A DNA stretch of 64,000 nt from Cyanobacteria bacterium P01_F01_bin.150 (GTDB taxonomy: Bacteria; Cyanobacteriota; Cyanobacteriia; CAKZMO01), in the NCBI GenBank assembly GCA_039189765.1, contig JBCCYL010000007.1, positions 92,553 to 156,552 of the forward strand, given 5' to 3'. Shown here one piece after another: positions 10,360 through 21,003 of this stretch. The stretch's first letter is position 1. Each line of letters starts with the position of its first letter. A model generated the notes under the pieces. That model made no database searches. It saw only the letters and a list, made by a program, of their open reading frames with translations, and had not been told where the DNA came from. The translations under genes were made by a program, and so were the position numbers.

Positions 10360-10485
10360 CTATTACTACTCTGTGAATTTGAACTAGGTATTATTGTCCT
10401 TCAGTCTAAACTGAATCATTTAGTAAACGGCCAATACCAAATCACAAATCATTGATGTTGTCGTCTACATTGAGTACTGAGCGCC

Positions 10486-11817
10486 GTGGTCACTAGTCAC
10501 CATCAGGAGAAAGTTGTGCAGGAAACCCTTGTGCAGGATCGACTTGTGAGAAAAAAGCTCACGCAGGGAGGAAATGTGCAAGAAGATAAGAGTCAGGATT
10601 TGGCTTTACAACGAGATTCTTTACAACAAAAAGATGCTCTGCAAGAAGAATCTCCAGCAAGCAGTGTACAGAGCATTGAAGCTCTATCTAAGTTTTTAAT
10701 TAATGAATTTCGCCATTCTACCAGTGCCTCAGCCAAACACTGTCGAGAGGTAGCAGGGAGGATTACGGAGGAAGTCTCTCGAATTTGTACTGAAAGTCAA
10801 CGTATTCAAGCCTCAGGAGAGGTGGATACCTGGCTTTTGAACCTTGCAAGGCATCGCCTCAAGCAGTGTTTGAAGTACTATAACCTAGGTTCTCGAAGAG
10901 GGCGGGTTGAGCTGCACAGTACTTTGAGTGCGGTGGTGTATCGATACATTACCCCGCCTCAAGTTCAATCTAGCTATCAGGCACGGCTCAATTTAATTGA
11001 AGACTTCCTACAGAATTTTTATGTAGAAGCCCTGAATGCATTCCGACGGGAAAATAAGATGGAGGCGACCTACTGTCCTCGTTCACTGTTAGAGCTGTCA
11101 GAATATATGGCATTCACTGAACGGTATGGAAAACGTCGTATTCCATTACCCCGTCGTCGCAGCCAACAGTTGATTATCCTACGTGCTCAAACGTTTTCTA
11201 AGCAACAGCCTCCTGAAACAATGGTAGATATGGAACAGGCGGCAGAGGGCGGCAGTAATGAAACGGATCAAGCTTGGAGTACAGCTCCACTGCAGCAGGT
11301 TCGAGAGCAGATGGTATCGTTAGGTCCTGATCCCGCTGAAGATTCTCTACGAGATGTTGTATCTGATCAGCTCCTTGCCTACTTGGAAGAGCGACAACAG
11401 GAAGATTGTGCGGACTATTTTGTCTTGCGATTGCAGGATTTACCGGCCCATGAAATTGAGACGATCCTAGGACTTACCCCTCGCCAGCGAGATTACTTGC
11501 AACAACGCTTTAAATATCACCTGATTCGATTTGCCCTATCCCATCATTGGGAACTGGTGCATCAATGGCTGGAGGCGGATTTGGAGCGGAATTTTGGCCT
11601 TACCCCTTATCAATGGGGTGTTTTCTGGGATGACCTATCCGCCACTCAGCAAGAGATGTTGGAATTGAAGCAAAAAGCATGGTCTGACAAAGCGATCGCC
11701 CAGCAAATCGGCTGTACCACTACCCAAATGAATAAACAATGGTCAAAATTATTGGAAAAAGCCTGGGAAATCCGTAACAATTTAATATCCGGAGCGAAGA
11801 CAGAAGGCAATGAATAG
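10486..11817 (+). CDS. hetZ: HetZ-related protein
   Basis: YYNLGSRRGRVELHSTLSAVVYRYI, EYMAFTERYGKRRI and LGLTPRQRDYLQQRFKYH recall HetZ. C-terminal HTH-like segment. Confidence 0.8.
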   Translation: MVTSHHQEKVVQETLVQDRLVRKKLTQGGNVQEDKSQDLALQRDSLQQKDALQEESPASSVQSIEALSKFLINEFRHSTSASAKHCREVAGRITEEVSRICTESQRIQASGEVDTWLLNLARHRLKQCLKYYNLGSRRGRVELHSTLSAVVYRYITPPQVQSSYQARLNLIEDFLQNFYVEALNAFRRENKMEATYCPRSLLELSEYMAFTERYGKRRIPLPRRRSQQLIILRAQTFSKQQPPETMVDMEQAAEGGSNETDQAWSTAPLQQVREQMVSLGPDPAEDSLRDVVSDQLLAYLEERQQEDCADYFVLRLQDLPAHEIETILGLTPRQRDYLQQRFKYHLIRFALSHHWELVHQWLEADLERNFGLTPYQWGVFWDDLSATQQEMLELKQKAWSDKAIAQQIGCTTTQMNKQWSKLLEKAWEIRNNLISGAKTEGNE

Positions 11818-12898
11818 AGATGCAGATGCTACTTCAAACAGCCCTGAAGAGTTCTCTCAAAGTTCGATTCAGGAACTGTGGAATTGGCTATTTCCAAATC
11901 CAACCCCAGACGATTTTAATGTGCCATCAGGGGAAGGAACCGGGGATTTACTTGGTTCTGATGGGTCTGGGGATTCGGATCGAAACGTGAATTCTAGAAA
12001 TCGGCCCAACGCTGATACTCAGAACGTTATGCTAACCAATCTCAGCCAACCTAATTTATCCTCAACTCAATCAAGTATTGGGGATACTGTATCGTTTGAA
12101 TTCGGAGAGATGTCTGCTGTGCAAGATCGTTTTTATGCCTTATTAAAGCGTCGTTTACGCGACGAAATTGAACGTAATCCTCCCCTTTTCCCCTGGGAAA
12201 ATGATCTTTGTGATTACGAACCTGAAGTACTAGACTGGGAACCAGCCCAATTGGTTCCAGTTTCTATCTGGTTGAAGCAAATTCAAGAGCGTCTACCAGT
12301 CCCCATGTCTGATCAGCTACTCGCTGTTTTGTTTAGTCGTTGTCAAGACGTTGTACATGGTTCCCTGCAACAGGGCGCGAAATTAGTTCAAGCCGTTGAG
12401 GACTTGTTCCCTGGACAAGAGCAAACTTTGAACTATCTTGCTCGTTTGGTGCTGACTCCCAGCTTCCGGGATGGTAGTGATAGGCTTCAGACAGAGGGAT
12501 TTCCAACCCATTACAATGTTGCAACAACTGAGCAACAGATGGCATTGTCTTTAATTGCAGTATCCGAAATTTTGGAGTCCCTCACACTCCATGTTTCTGC
12601 GACTAGTCCCGATGCAACTCGACAATGGACCACATCTACAGGGACGATTCAAGTCTCTGTTCAATATCAACATCAAGAACAGCAAGCGTCACGATTAAGG
12701 GTTGAAAGCTCAATTCCTTGTCCAGGACATCTAAAATTGCAAGGAATGTCTGGAGAAACTATGACCCATCGCGATGACGCAGGGTGTATAAGCGTAGAAC
12801 TCTTTGATGTTGAGCCAAATCAAACCTACCGATTAACGGTGCAATTAGAGGATGGAGCTAAGTCTCCCCTTGTTTTTTCTATTCAAGTCGATGAGTGA
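11810..12898 (+). CDS. patU: PatU-like protein
   Basis: Overlaps the hetZ stop. VQDRFYALLKRRL...PPLFPWE motif and gene order match hetZ-patU. Confidence 0.7.
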   Translation: MNRDADATSNSPEEFSQSSIQELWNWLFPNPTPDDFNVPSGEGTGDLLGSDGSGDSDRNVNSRNRPNADTQNVMLTNLSQPNLSSTQSSIGDTVSFEFGEMSAVQDRFYALLKRRLRDEIERNPPLFPWENDLCDYEPEVLDWEPAQLVPVSIWLKQIQERLPVPMSDQLLAVLFSRCQDVVHGSLQQGAKLVQAVEDLFPGQEQTLNYLARLVLTPSFRDGSDRLQTEGFPTHYNVATTEQQMALSLIAVSEILESLTLHVSATSPDATRQWTTSTGTIQVSVQYQHQEQQASRLRVESSIPCPGHLKLQGMSGETMTHRDDAGCISVELFDVEPNQTYRLTVQLEDGAKSPLVFSIQVDE

Positions 12899-13088
12899 GT
12901 CATCACAATGACATGACTGACATAACTAGGGCTACCAAATATCTCAGAACATTTAGTTAAGGGAACTATTCCAACTTTCCCATATCTTCGCTAGAGCGGG
13001 GTAAATACTTTGATTGAGGTATTGTTAAGGATCTACCGAATGAGAGACCTAGATTAGTAGCCGTGGACACTATGGTTAGGACATAAAT

Positions 13089-13121
13089 GTTATTTTCCCC
13101 TTTTGCTGAGGGGAAAATAAC
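13089..13121. terminator. 13-bp stem-loop downstream of patU (terminator or RNA-stabilising hairpin)
   Basis: GTTATTTTCCCCT-N7-AGGGGAAAATAAC. Confidence 0.5.
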
Positions 13122-13510
13122 GTCTTAATCAATATATCGATGACTATATTAGTGACCAATATCACCGCACCCCTTCGCATCGAATAGATGATCAAAGTTA
13201 ATATTCAACTGGGCGTTGCGGAGGATTGTTTCTGCGCTTCGCCTATTTTTATTATGCAGGATCTGAGTTAAATAGAACGTAGGAAGATATTATCCTAGAT
13301 TGAAACAACATTATTTATGATAGTGATGCTGTGCATCATCCTCTGTCTATGCCTAAAATTGAGACCTAAACGGGTATCTTCAAATGTAACTCATGTGTAA
13401 CAGAATGACTCCAATCTATTGACAATTTTGTATGGATGCTTAAGGTAGGTGCTACATGCTAGAGTCAACGATGATGAATTGCCCTTACTATTTGCTGTAA
13501 CGAGTTCTAG

Positions 13511-16500
13511 ATGGCACATTCCACTCCTGAGGAAAGTTCTAAACCACCGAAAAGCGTTAAAGGCCATGCTTCGCAATCGCCCCTGGCGCTTTGGGTTGAA
13601 CAGCATGAGCGTCAGCTAGGTTTATCGATAAAAGGTCGGTTCCGGGGCAATAGCCTTCACTTATTGTGTGAGTTTCCCTATGTGTCGGCCACGGTACCCT
13701 CTCAAACAGTAGTGTATCGGCATTTTCAACAATCGGTAGACTATGCAGCCCTTAACCGCCTAATTCCTCCTGGCTATCCCCGTATTCGTCACATGTGGTT
13801 GTACGGTCGATTGCGTGGAGCCAAAAAGCCCGCTTGGACTGTCTCTATTCATCTCAATGCAGTCCAGCGCAAAGGTCCTCTGGTCAAGTCCCCATCGGGT
13901 GTGCCATCTTCTATAGAGGCCCCGCCTATGGGAACGTTACCAGAAGCTTCTCCTTGTGAATTTTCCTCTGAGCCTATCCAGGCAAATGGACTCCAAAATT
14001 CACAAAAAGGAGAATTGCCAACGTCATCTAACATTACAGAGGAAGATACTGATGCGGCTACCGTAAAGAAAAGCGATGGTCTGCCCTCCTTGCCCAGGCA
14101 ACAGGTCAATCAGCAGACTCAATCTCAGGTAGAATCTACCAATTTTCAAGGTAATAAAGTTCATTCTTTACCGCAGCATGTCGAAAATACAGGTGACTTA
14201 TATTCCCAAGCAGAACAGGGGCAGCCAAATGCGATTGCCTACTATTTGCGTGATGTCCTGCTTGAGTTGGGTGTTGAAGCCAGTATTCGGGTCAAGCTTC
14301 AGCACCACCGCCCTAACACCACGAAAAATCGCCTCTGGGTAACCTGTTGCGGACCTTACAGTCCAGCAGCAGCCCTAGTCGGTGACCCGATTGCTCGCCA
14401 GTTGCGAGCGTTGTCACTTCACAATGTTGAGGATGCCTTATTGCAATTTCAGGTTAGAGGCGAAGACGTACCTGACTGGGTCTTGCGCATTGACCTTACT
14501 CCTCAAGAAGACATGCTTCGTTCTTGGGCAGAATGGGGAGATGTGGAGGCGATCAGTCGCTTAGCCAACCAAGTTTTAAGACCGTTAAGCGGCCAATTAG
14601 TGGAAGCTACACTCAAGGATATTACGCTTCATCTCAGTTGCACCTCACTGGCCCATAATATCGTTCCAGATACTGAAGAGTCCCTAGACTCTGACAATAC
14701 CGAAGCCGATGCCGCAACAGAGCAAGAAGACTCCCTGACCCCTTCAATATCAGATCCTTGGGCAGATAGCAATGGCAATCAGGGACGCATATCACCCTCC
14801 TTGGATGCACAAAAGACTCGTAACGTTATTGCAGCATTGCTGACAGCCCTAAAGCCGCAGGGAATTCAAAATGTGGTGGTGTATGGTCAACAGCTACAGG
14901 CAACCAGTCCGGATTGGGTGGAATGGATTGATATTAGCCAAGAGATGGATCGCACAGCTTCTCCCATTAAACTAGCGGGTAATGGAGATTTAGATGCGAT
15001 CGCATTCCTCATCCAGCGAGTGCTTAATACCGATCTCAATGAACAGTTGGCTACCGGTGGACGACGGGTGCAGCTATTACTTAAAAAACGGCTGCTGCAC
15101 ATCATGTGTGATGCTCCGCTTTGTCCCGAAGAAGAGGTCGTTGTACCGGAAGTAACGCGGTTATTACGATCGCTCAACGTTCCTGGAGTAGAAGGATTAC
15201 GAATTTATGGCCGACGAGCAGGACAGCGTCGTCCCAGATGGACTGAAGTCATCGATTTTGTTCAACAGCCCCAACTGGTGCCTGAACCTGCCCCTCAATT
15301 TGCCGCAACCGACGCCTACGTTACTGAGTTAGTCACAACCCCTTCCGAACCCATTATTCGTGCTGACCTCACGGCATCTGACTTATGGGAGCGATTAAGA
15401 ACCTGGCAGCGGAGACGAATCCAAACAGCACGACGCTTTGTTTTATCGTCCCAACTAGTCGTTCCAACTGCGGATAGCCCGGAACTGATGCTGCGGTCTG
15501 CTCCTAACACTGCAAGGGTCAAAACCGCCTTGGTCTGGACTGCGGTGGGTGCTTTGGCCCTAGTTCAGACTGACTTGGGCCTGCATCAGTTATCTAAATT
15601 AGAAATTAGCCGAGCAGCGATCAAACCAAGAGAAGAGTCGATATCTCAAGTTGCTGAAGCGCTGGATAGTACCCTGGACAAATCTTCTGGCTCTGCTGAA
15701 GAGGCTGAAAACGGAGGTACGAATGATGACATTGATAGTCATAACTCCGACGTGCCTGATCTCCTTCCTGACGGTTTGACTGACGGTTTGACTGGAGACC
15801 AGAGCCAGGACGAAGTGCTTAATTCTCTAAGTTTTGGGCCTAACGGTGATAATAGTGATCTGCGTCAACCCGCGTATCAAGCCCAAGCAGAGAGCGAAAT
15901 TTTTGACTCCAGCGGTTTTACGACTACTGCAAGCAATGATTTAGCCAATGGTTTGAGTAATGAGTCAGATAATGGCTTCAGCGATGTCAGTTCAGCGGTA
16001 GCTTCCCCGACTGTAAGTGCGGGAACGTCACCGGTTGAAACTGTTGCTGCAGTGCTGGATTCGCCTTACCCGAGCTTCAACAGTGAACAATTAGACTTTA
16101 AACTTGCTCTGTATCATCAGCGAGTGCTAGAAGTTGGGCCTCCAGATATCTTAGTATTGGGCAGCTCCCGTGCACTGCGGGGCATTGATCCCGCAATCCT
16201 TGAAGAAGCGCTGGCCGAATTAGGATATGCCGATGCGGATGTGTTTAACTTTGGCATCAATGGCGCAACAGCCCAGGTCGTGGAACTGATTGTAGAACAG
16301 ATTTTGTTGCCCGAACAGTTGCCTAAGCTGATTGTGTGGGCTGATGGTGCGCGGGCTTTCAATAGTGGCCGAGACGATCGCACGTTTAATGGGATTTTGG
16401 CTTCTGAAGGATACGAGCAGCTTCTCAGTGGTCCCTTGTTACTGAGTACTCCCAGTGGTGCTCCCTCTGATTTGCTGACTACTGACGGCCCACGTACTTC

Positions 16501-17278
16501 TCAAAGTCAGGTCCGTCTGAGGAATATTGCCACTTTGAGTCAGTCTTTGTCCGACAGTTATCAAACCTTAGATGAGGACTTAAGTGATACGTTGGCTCAA
16601 GTATCAACCTCACATTCCCAACGCGATCGAATTAAGGGCATGTTGCAGCATGTTCTAACGACTTGGCTACCTCGGCCCAAGCGCAACTCTGAGGAAATAA
16701 TCGCAATTGAGACCGATGTCAGTGATGGGTTAGCTCTATTAGATAACGATAGTCTGAGTACATCCCCTTCCCAAGTTCAGGGAGCAGATACTTTATCTCT
16801 GGATGCCTCCACTAGTTTTCGGGCACTGGAAAATATTGACGATGATGGCTTCTTACCGCTTCAAATCCGATTTGACCCCACTCAGTATTATCAGTCCTAT
16901 GCCCGAGTGGCAGGTAACTACGATCGCGATTACAGCAATTTTCGCGTTGAAGGGCTTCAAGGCAATGCTTTGACTACCTTACTTACGGCTAGTCGTGTTT
17001 ACGATATTCCTATCGTATTTATCAACATGCCCTTGACGGCTGAATATTTAGATCCATTTCGTATGGGGCATGAGCAAACCTTCCGTCAGTACATGTTGAA
17101 CTTAGCGCTACAAGATAAAAATTTCATCTTCCGAGATTTGAGCGAATTATGGCTCGATAATGCTGAACATCGCAGTTACTTTTCGGACCCAAGCCACCTC
17201 AATCAATACGGGGCTGAGGAAATTTCTCAACACATATCTGAGGATCCGATGATTCCATGGGATGTAACAACTCGTTAG
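13511..17278 (+). CDS. Large membrane protein: four copies of an N-terminal module, a TM helix, an acidic linker and a C-terminal SGNH/DUF1574-like domain
   Basis: Repeated LxxxC...YGx5PxW-type modules. LVLGSSRA, FNFGING and FSDPSHLN SGNH-like motifs. Confidence 0.75.
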   Translation: MAHSTPEESSKPPKSVKGHASQSPLALWVEQHERQLGLSIKGRFRGNSLHLLCEFPYVSATVPSQTVVYRHFQQSVDYAALNRLIPPGYPRIRHMWLYGRLRGAKKPAWTVSIHLNAVQRKGPLVKSPSGVPSSIEAPPMGTLPEASPCEFSSEPIQANGLQNSQKGELPTSSNITEEDTDAATVKKSDGLPSLPRQQVNQQTQSQVESTNFQGNKVHSLPQHVENTGDLYSQAEQGQPNAIAYYLRDVLLELGVEASIRVKLQHHRPNTTKNRLWVTCCGPYSPAAALVGDPIARQLRALSLHNVEDALLQFQVRGEDVPDWVLRIDLTPQEDMLRSWAEWGDVEAISRLANQVLRPLSGQLVEATLKDITLHLSCTSLAHNIVPDTEESLDSDNTEADAATEQEDSLTPSISDPWADSNGNQGRISPSLDAQKTRNVIAALLTALKPQGIQNVVVYGQQLQATSPDWVEWIDISQEMDRTASPIKLAGNGDLDAIAFLIQRVLNTDLNEQLATGGRRVQLLLKKRLLHIMCDAPLCPEEEVVVPEVTRLLRSLNVPGVEGLRIYGRRAGQRRPRWTEVIDFVQQPQLVPEPAPQFAATDAYVTELVTTPSEPIIRADLTASDLWERLRTWQRRRIQTARRFVLSSQLVVPTADSPELMLRSAPNTARVKTALVWTAVGALALVQTDLGLHQLSKLEISRAAIKPREESISQVAEALDSTLDKSSGSAEEAENGGTNDDIDSHNSDVPDLLPDGLTDGLTGDQSQDEVLNSLSFGPNGDNSDLRQPAYQAQAESEIFDSSGFTTTASNDLANGLSNESDNGFSDVSSAVASPTVSAGTSPVETVAAVLDSPYPSFNSEQLDFKLALYHQRVLEVGPPDILVLGSSRALRGIDPAILEEALAELGYADADVFNFGINGATAQVVELIVEQILLPEQLPKLIVWADGARAFNSGRDDRTFNGILASEGYEQLLSGPLLLSTPSGAPSDLLTTDGPRTSQSQVRLRNIATLSQSLSDSYQTLDEDLSDTLAQVSTSHSQRDRIKGMLQHVLTTWLPRPKRNSEEIIAIETDVSDGLALLDNDSLSTSPSQVQGADTLSLDASTSFRALENIDDDGFLPLQIRFDPTQYYQSYARVAGNYDRDYSNFRVEGLQGNALTTLLTASRVYDIPIVFINMPLTAEYLDPFRMGHEQTFRQYMLNLALQDKNFIFRDLSELWLDNAEHRSYFSDPSHLNQYGAEEISQHISEDPMIPWDVTTR

Positions 17279-17673
17279 ATCGCTACAGATTAGACCACGC
17301 ATAAACACGGTCGCTTATTGAAAAGCAGATTGGGTACACTACATAGACTGTAAGCAACACAATCTCCTTAAAAGAGCTGGAAAGCTTGCGCTTGTTGTGT
17401 CAGTAGAGCCTGCATAACAAGTTAGAAACTAAAAGTTGAGGACTCTGTGGCAGACATTAATTTTTATTGATTTCTGAAAAAGGTTCCTTTAATCTGAAGC
17501 TTCTTTGAGATCTATACCGTATATTTTAATACAAAATATATTAAAGTCTCTCATTTTTAAGATTAGATGGTTTAAACTGTTAAATGAGATACAGAAATGG
17601 TGATTATGTCGTTAGCTCTAGATCGTATCTCAAGATGTTGACATCCACTTTTTGAATCAATTCCGTTTTCGCC

Positions 17674-18597
17674 ATGGCACAACTAACTGCTGCACACGTT
17701 TTATCACAGGCTCAAGAAGGGCGATCGCTGCACAATGCAGAATTGAGCCAAATTAATTTGAAGGGTGCAAGTTTGGAGTATTTCTCCTTGGCTCACTCAT
17801 ACTTGCGGTTGGCAAATTTATCCAGTTCTTTTTGCCAAGGTACTGACTTTGATCACACCACATTAACCCGAGCTGATTTATCTAGAGGTTGCTTTGAAAC
17901 TGCTACCTTTAATGAATCACAGCTTATTCGTGCAGTATGTAAGGGGGCTAATTTCCGAGGAGCTAAAGCGGCCCGCGCTATTTTTCGCGGTGCAGTTATG
18001 AGTCAAGCTGACTTCACAGGCGCTGAACTTAACTGGACCGATTTCCAAGAGGCCTATGGAAAAGGGACGGTTTTCTCCGGAGCTAGTTTAGTAGAAGCCA
18101 ATTTCCCGAATAGTGACTTTAGCTATTGTGTTTTTAGCGGAGCAACACTTACTTATACTGATTGGGAAAATGCTCGGTTATTGGGAACAATGATGGATGG
18201 GGCCGATTTAGAACAGGCTAATTTTTCAGAAGCTCATCTGGTAGAGGCTAATTTATCTAAGGCCATCCTTCTGAATACAAATTTTGAGCGAGCCAATCTA
18301 TCCAGGGCTATTCTCCACAGTGTGTCTTTAGATTGGGCTCATTTAGCTGAAGCAAAGCTGAGTCAGGCAGATTTGAGTGGTGCTTCATTATTTGGTACAT
18401 GCTTGGAAGGCGCGAACTTGTCTGGGGCAAACTTGTCCGAAACGGATTTGCGTCATGCGAATTTGGAGGAAGCTTTCCTTAAAGGGGTTAGTTTTGCCGG
18501 ATGTCAGGTAGACGGTGCATTGTTTACAGATGCTCGTGGTCTATCTCCAGCTCAAAAGAATTGGTTGCGTAAGAACGGTGCGCTAAATGTTGAATAG
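17674..18597 (+). CDS. Pentapeptide repeat protein
   Basis: Continuous A(D/N)(L/F)xx repeats. Confidence 0.95.
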   Translation: MAQLTAAHVLSQAQEGRSLHNAELSQINLKGASLEYFSLAHSYLRLANLSSSFCQGTDFDHTTLTRADLSRGCFETATFNESQLIRAVCKGANFRGAKAARAIFRGAVMSQADFTGAELNWTDFQEAYGKGTVFSGASLVEANFPNSDFSYCVFSGATLTYTDWENARLLGTMMDGADLEQANFSEAHLVEANLSKAILLNTNFERANLSRAILHSVSLDWAHLAEAKLSQADLSGASLFGTCLEGANLSGANLSETDLRHANLEEAFLKGVSFAGCQVDGALFTDARGLSPAQKNWLRKNGALNVE

Positions 18598-18665
18598 GGA
18601 GCGCCAATAAGGAAAGGACGGGTATCCGTCAATGCGATCGCCCTCCACCAGAAGTCATTTTATTT

Positions 18666-19598
18666 ATGATGGGAGAGTTCGGTAGCTATGACCGACTGCT
18701 GACTCTATTAACTGGTTCTACTATGCACCTGTTACCATTGTTCTTACATTCCCTGATTTTCTCCTTGCATGTTCCCATCATTCACCTCCAGTCGTTTGCT
18801 GAGGTGGCTTTAACGGCTAGTGACTTATCCCTTAGCCAGTGGCTCTATTCCCATCTGGTAGAGTTCTTTCAGGGCATATCTCAGGGCATATCCCAAAGCT
18901 TGTTGACGTTAGTGCAGGGCGATCTCCTCCATTCTTTGTGGTCTGGATTTATCCATCGCCTAGATGAGCTGTGGATTACAGGTCAGGCAAGTCTGCATCA
19001 TTTTGGGAAGGGTATTGCAGACTTCACTGGAACGGTGACTGGCTTTGTAGCCTCCACTGCTTTATGGCAGTTGGGATTGTACTGGCTGCTGCTGGTGCTA
19101 ATGTTTGCTGGAGTTGTTGGCTCTTTTGTGCCAGCGCTGCCTGGGATTACGCTTGTGCTGCTGGCGATTGTTATTTGGGGCATTGCGGTAGGGTTTTCAG
19201 GGATAGTGCTATCACTGGTAGTGGCGATCGCCGCCTTTGTCCTCTGCTTGGCCATTGATAACCTAGCGGGAATCTTGAGTGCTCAAAAGGTCGGTGCCAG
19301 CCGCTGGGGTCAGATTGGCGCGATTATTGGTATGTTTATGGGCTTTTTTGGGTTTCTGCCAGCGTTGCCTGTAGGGGGGCCACTGTTGGGCATTATCTTT
19401 GGAACGGTTCTTGGTGCATTTATTGGTGAATTTCTGCACCGCCATAATCTTGCGTTGGGGGAACGGGTTAAGCAGGCAGCCAAAGTCGGCATTGCCATCG
19501 TCGTTGGGAATTTAGTGGGCAATCTGCTCCAAGGCATTGTCGCTTTAATTACCCTGATTGTTTTCGTGTTTAACACCTGGGGAATGGTTTACGGTTAA
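18666..19598 (+). CDS. DUF456 family membrane protein with N-terminal extension
   Basis: VPALPG, GASRWG and GAFIGE motifs. Exact start uncertain. Confidence 0.8.
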   Translation: MMGEFGSYDRLLTLLTGSTMHLLPLFLHSLIFSLHVPIIHLQSFAEVALTASDLSLSQWLYSHLVEFFQGISQGISQSLLTLVQGDLLHSLWSGFIHRLDELWITGQASLHHFGKGIADFTGTVTGFVASTALWQLGLYWLLLVLMFAGVVGSFVPALPGITLVLLAIVIWGIAVGFSGIVLSLVVAIAAFVLCLAIDNLAGILSAQKVGASRWGQIGAIIGMFMGFFGFLPALPVGGPLLGIIFGTVLGAFIGEFLHRHNLALGERVKQAAKVGIAIVVGNLVGNLLQGIVALITLIVFVFNTWGMVYG

Positions 19599-19673
19599 CT
19601 AGATAAAAAGGCCAGAACCCAGTAGTGCAGGGTACAAAGCAACACTATTGCTAGTGCAAGGGATACGTGTCGA

Positions 19674-19988
19674 ATGGACAATATCTTTGAGAGCTTGCCA
19701 ACTGACTTAAGCCAAGAGGTGTTTGAGCAGTTGGTCAATAGCGAGTCAGTAAAAATCGAGCGTATTGTCTCCAAGGGGCATACGTCTCCCGAACGTGGAT
19801 GGTATGAGCAGCCTCAGCATGAGTGGGTAATGGTTCTCAAGGGTGGTGCGTTGCTGGAATTTGATAATCAGGAACCTGTGCGCCTTAAACCGGGAGACTA
19901 TTTAACGATTCCCGCCTATCAGAAGCACCGAGTCGCTTGGACCGATCGCTTTTGCGAGACGGTTTGGCTAGCTATTCATTACCCCTAG
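19674..19988 (+). CDS. Cupin domain protein
   Basis: IERIVSKGH, HEWVMVLKG and IPAYQKHRV. Confidence 0.9.
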   Translation: MDNIFESLPTDLSQEVFEQLVNSESVKIERIVSKGHTSPERGWYEQPQHEWVMVLKGGALLEFDNQEPVRLKPGDYLTIPAYQKHRVAWTDRFCETVWLAIHYP

Positions 19989-20124
19989 CGAATGTTGCCT
20001 TTCTGGTGTGGCTTTTCGGGTTGGGAGAGGGGCGATCGCCCCTAACGTGTCCCCAAATTTAGGATAGAGGGCATGCCACCATATACATGAACCATCCTCT
20101 AACTCAAATGATTATGAATCTGAA

Positions 20125-20344
20125 GGTCACTCGGAGGCTGTGATCCCTATGCTTTCGTTGACCCTAGCAACACCCTTGCCGGACAAGGGTTTCAGCTATT
20201 TCAAAAGGTGTATTAATGAGAATGATTGTTAAGAGTGAGGGTATGATCTTGACCCTAGCAAAATCGGCCTCTAGATTGATTGGTATATCTGGCTTCTAGA
20301 AGCCGAGGGGTTCCCTCTCGCAGGGAAACTAATTGAATGGAAAC
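20125..20344 (+). CRISPR. CRISPR leader plus a single repeat (20310-20344), no spacer
   Basis: GTTCCCTCTCGCAGGGAAACTAATTGAATGGAAAC (35 nt, internal hairpin, 3' GAAAC). Preceded by a leader-like sequence sharing blocks with the second leader. Leader start is approximate. Confidence 0.7.
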
Positions 20345-20589
20345 CTTAAGCAAGGCAGAAGGATGAAGGCAGAAGGGGGATGTGGGGCGATCGCGCTGAG
20401 TTGAAGGGGGGCGATCGCCTCTCCTCATTGCCAAAATCTAAAATAGAGCAAATGCGATTTTGATGAAGATAAATATTAAAACATAGGTTCTATTTTTTGA
20501 TATTTCGCTAGATTGGGTGATGAGACAGGTTTAGACGCCGAATTTATGACTTTATCTCTTTTATGTTTTTATTTTCTCAATTTCTTCTA

Positions 20590-20776
20590 GGGTTTTGGCG
20601 ATCGCCGAAACCCCCATTCTTTCGTTAAACCATGGAAGTGACTTGCCCCGTAAAGGGTTCAGCCGTTTTCTATAGGCGATTATGGCAAATATTTATCAAT
20701 TATTTGGTCTTTATGGCATACCCCCCGAAAATGGGGGTGTACAATCCATACATAGTGAGGCTTCTAGAAGCTGGCC
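20590..20776 (+). promoter_or_regulatory. Second CRISPR leader
   Basis: Shares CTTTCGTT, CTTGCC..AAGGG(T)TTCAGC and GGCTTCTAGAAGC with the leader at ~20125-20309. Start is approximate. Confidence 0.6.
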
Positions 20777-20883
20777 CTTCCCTCTCGCAGGGAAATCACT
20801 TGAATGGAAACATGCCACAAGCTTAGACCAAAGGTGCTGATGAGACGTCTTCCCTCTCGCAGGGAAATCACTTGAATGGAAAC
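20777..20883 (+). CRISPR. Mini CRISPR array: two identical 35-nt repeats and one 37-nt spacer
   Basis: CTTCCCTCTCGCAGGGAAATCACTTGAATGGAAAC at 20777-20811 and 20849-20883. Spacer ATGCCACAAGCTTAGACCAAAGGTGCTGATGAGACGT. Confidence 0.85.
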
Positions 20884-21003
20884 CTTAATCAAGGCAGAAG
20901 GATGAAGGATGAAAAAAGACGAGATTAAGGCCAGATCGTTCTCAGTAATGCGATCGCTTCTGCCTTCTTTCATCGCGCGATCGCCCCCTTCTGCCTTCTG
21001 CCT

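Noticed and set aside
13383..13401. TGTAAC direct repeat as an RpaB HLR1 site
   Set aside because: The period is 11 bp, not the 10 bp of HLR1.
12899..13510. Search for a patX/patS (RGSGR) peptide gene downstream of patU
   Set aside because: I found no RG(S/T)GR-coding small ORF on either strand.
20518..20526. 9-nt match (TGATGAGAC) between the CRISPR spacer and the region between the two units
   Set aside because: Too short to distinguish from chance. No extended complementarity was visible.
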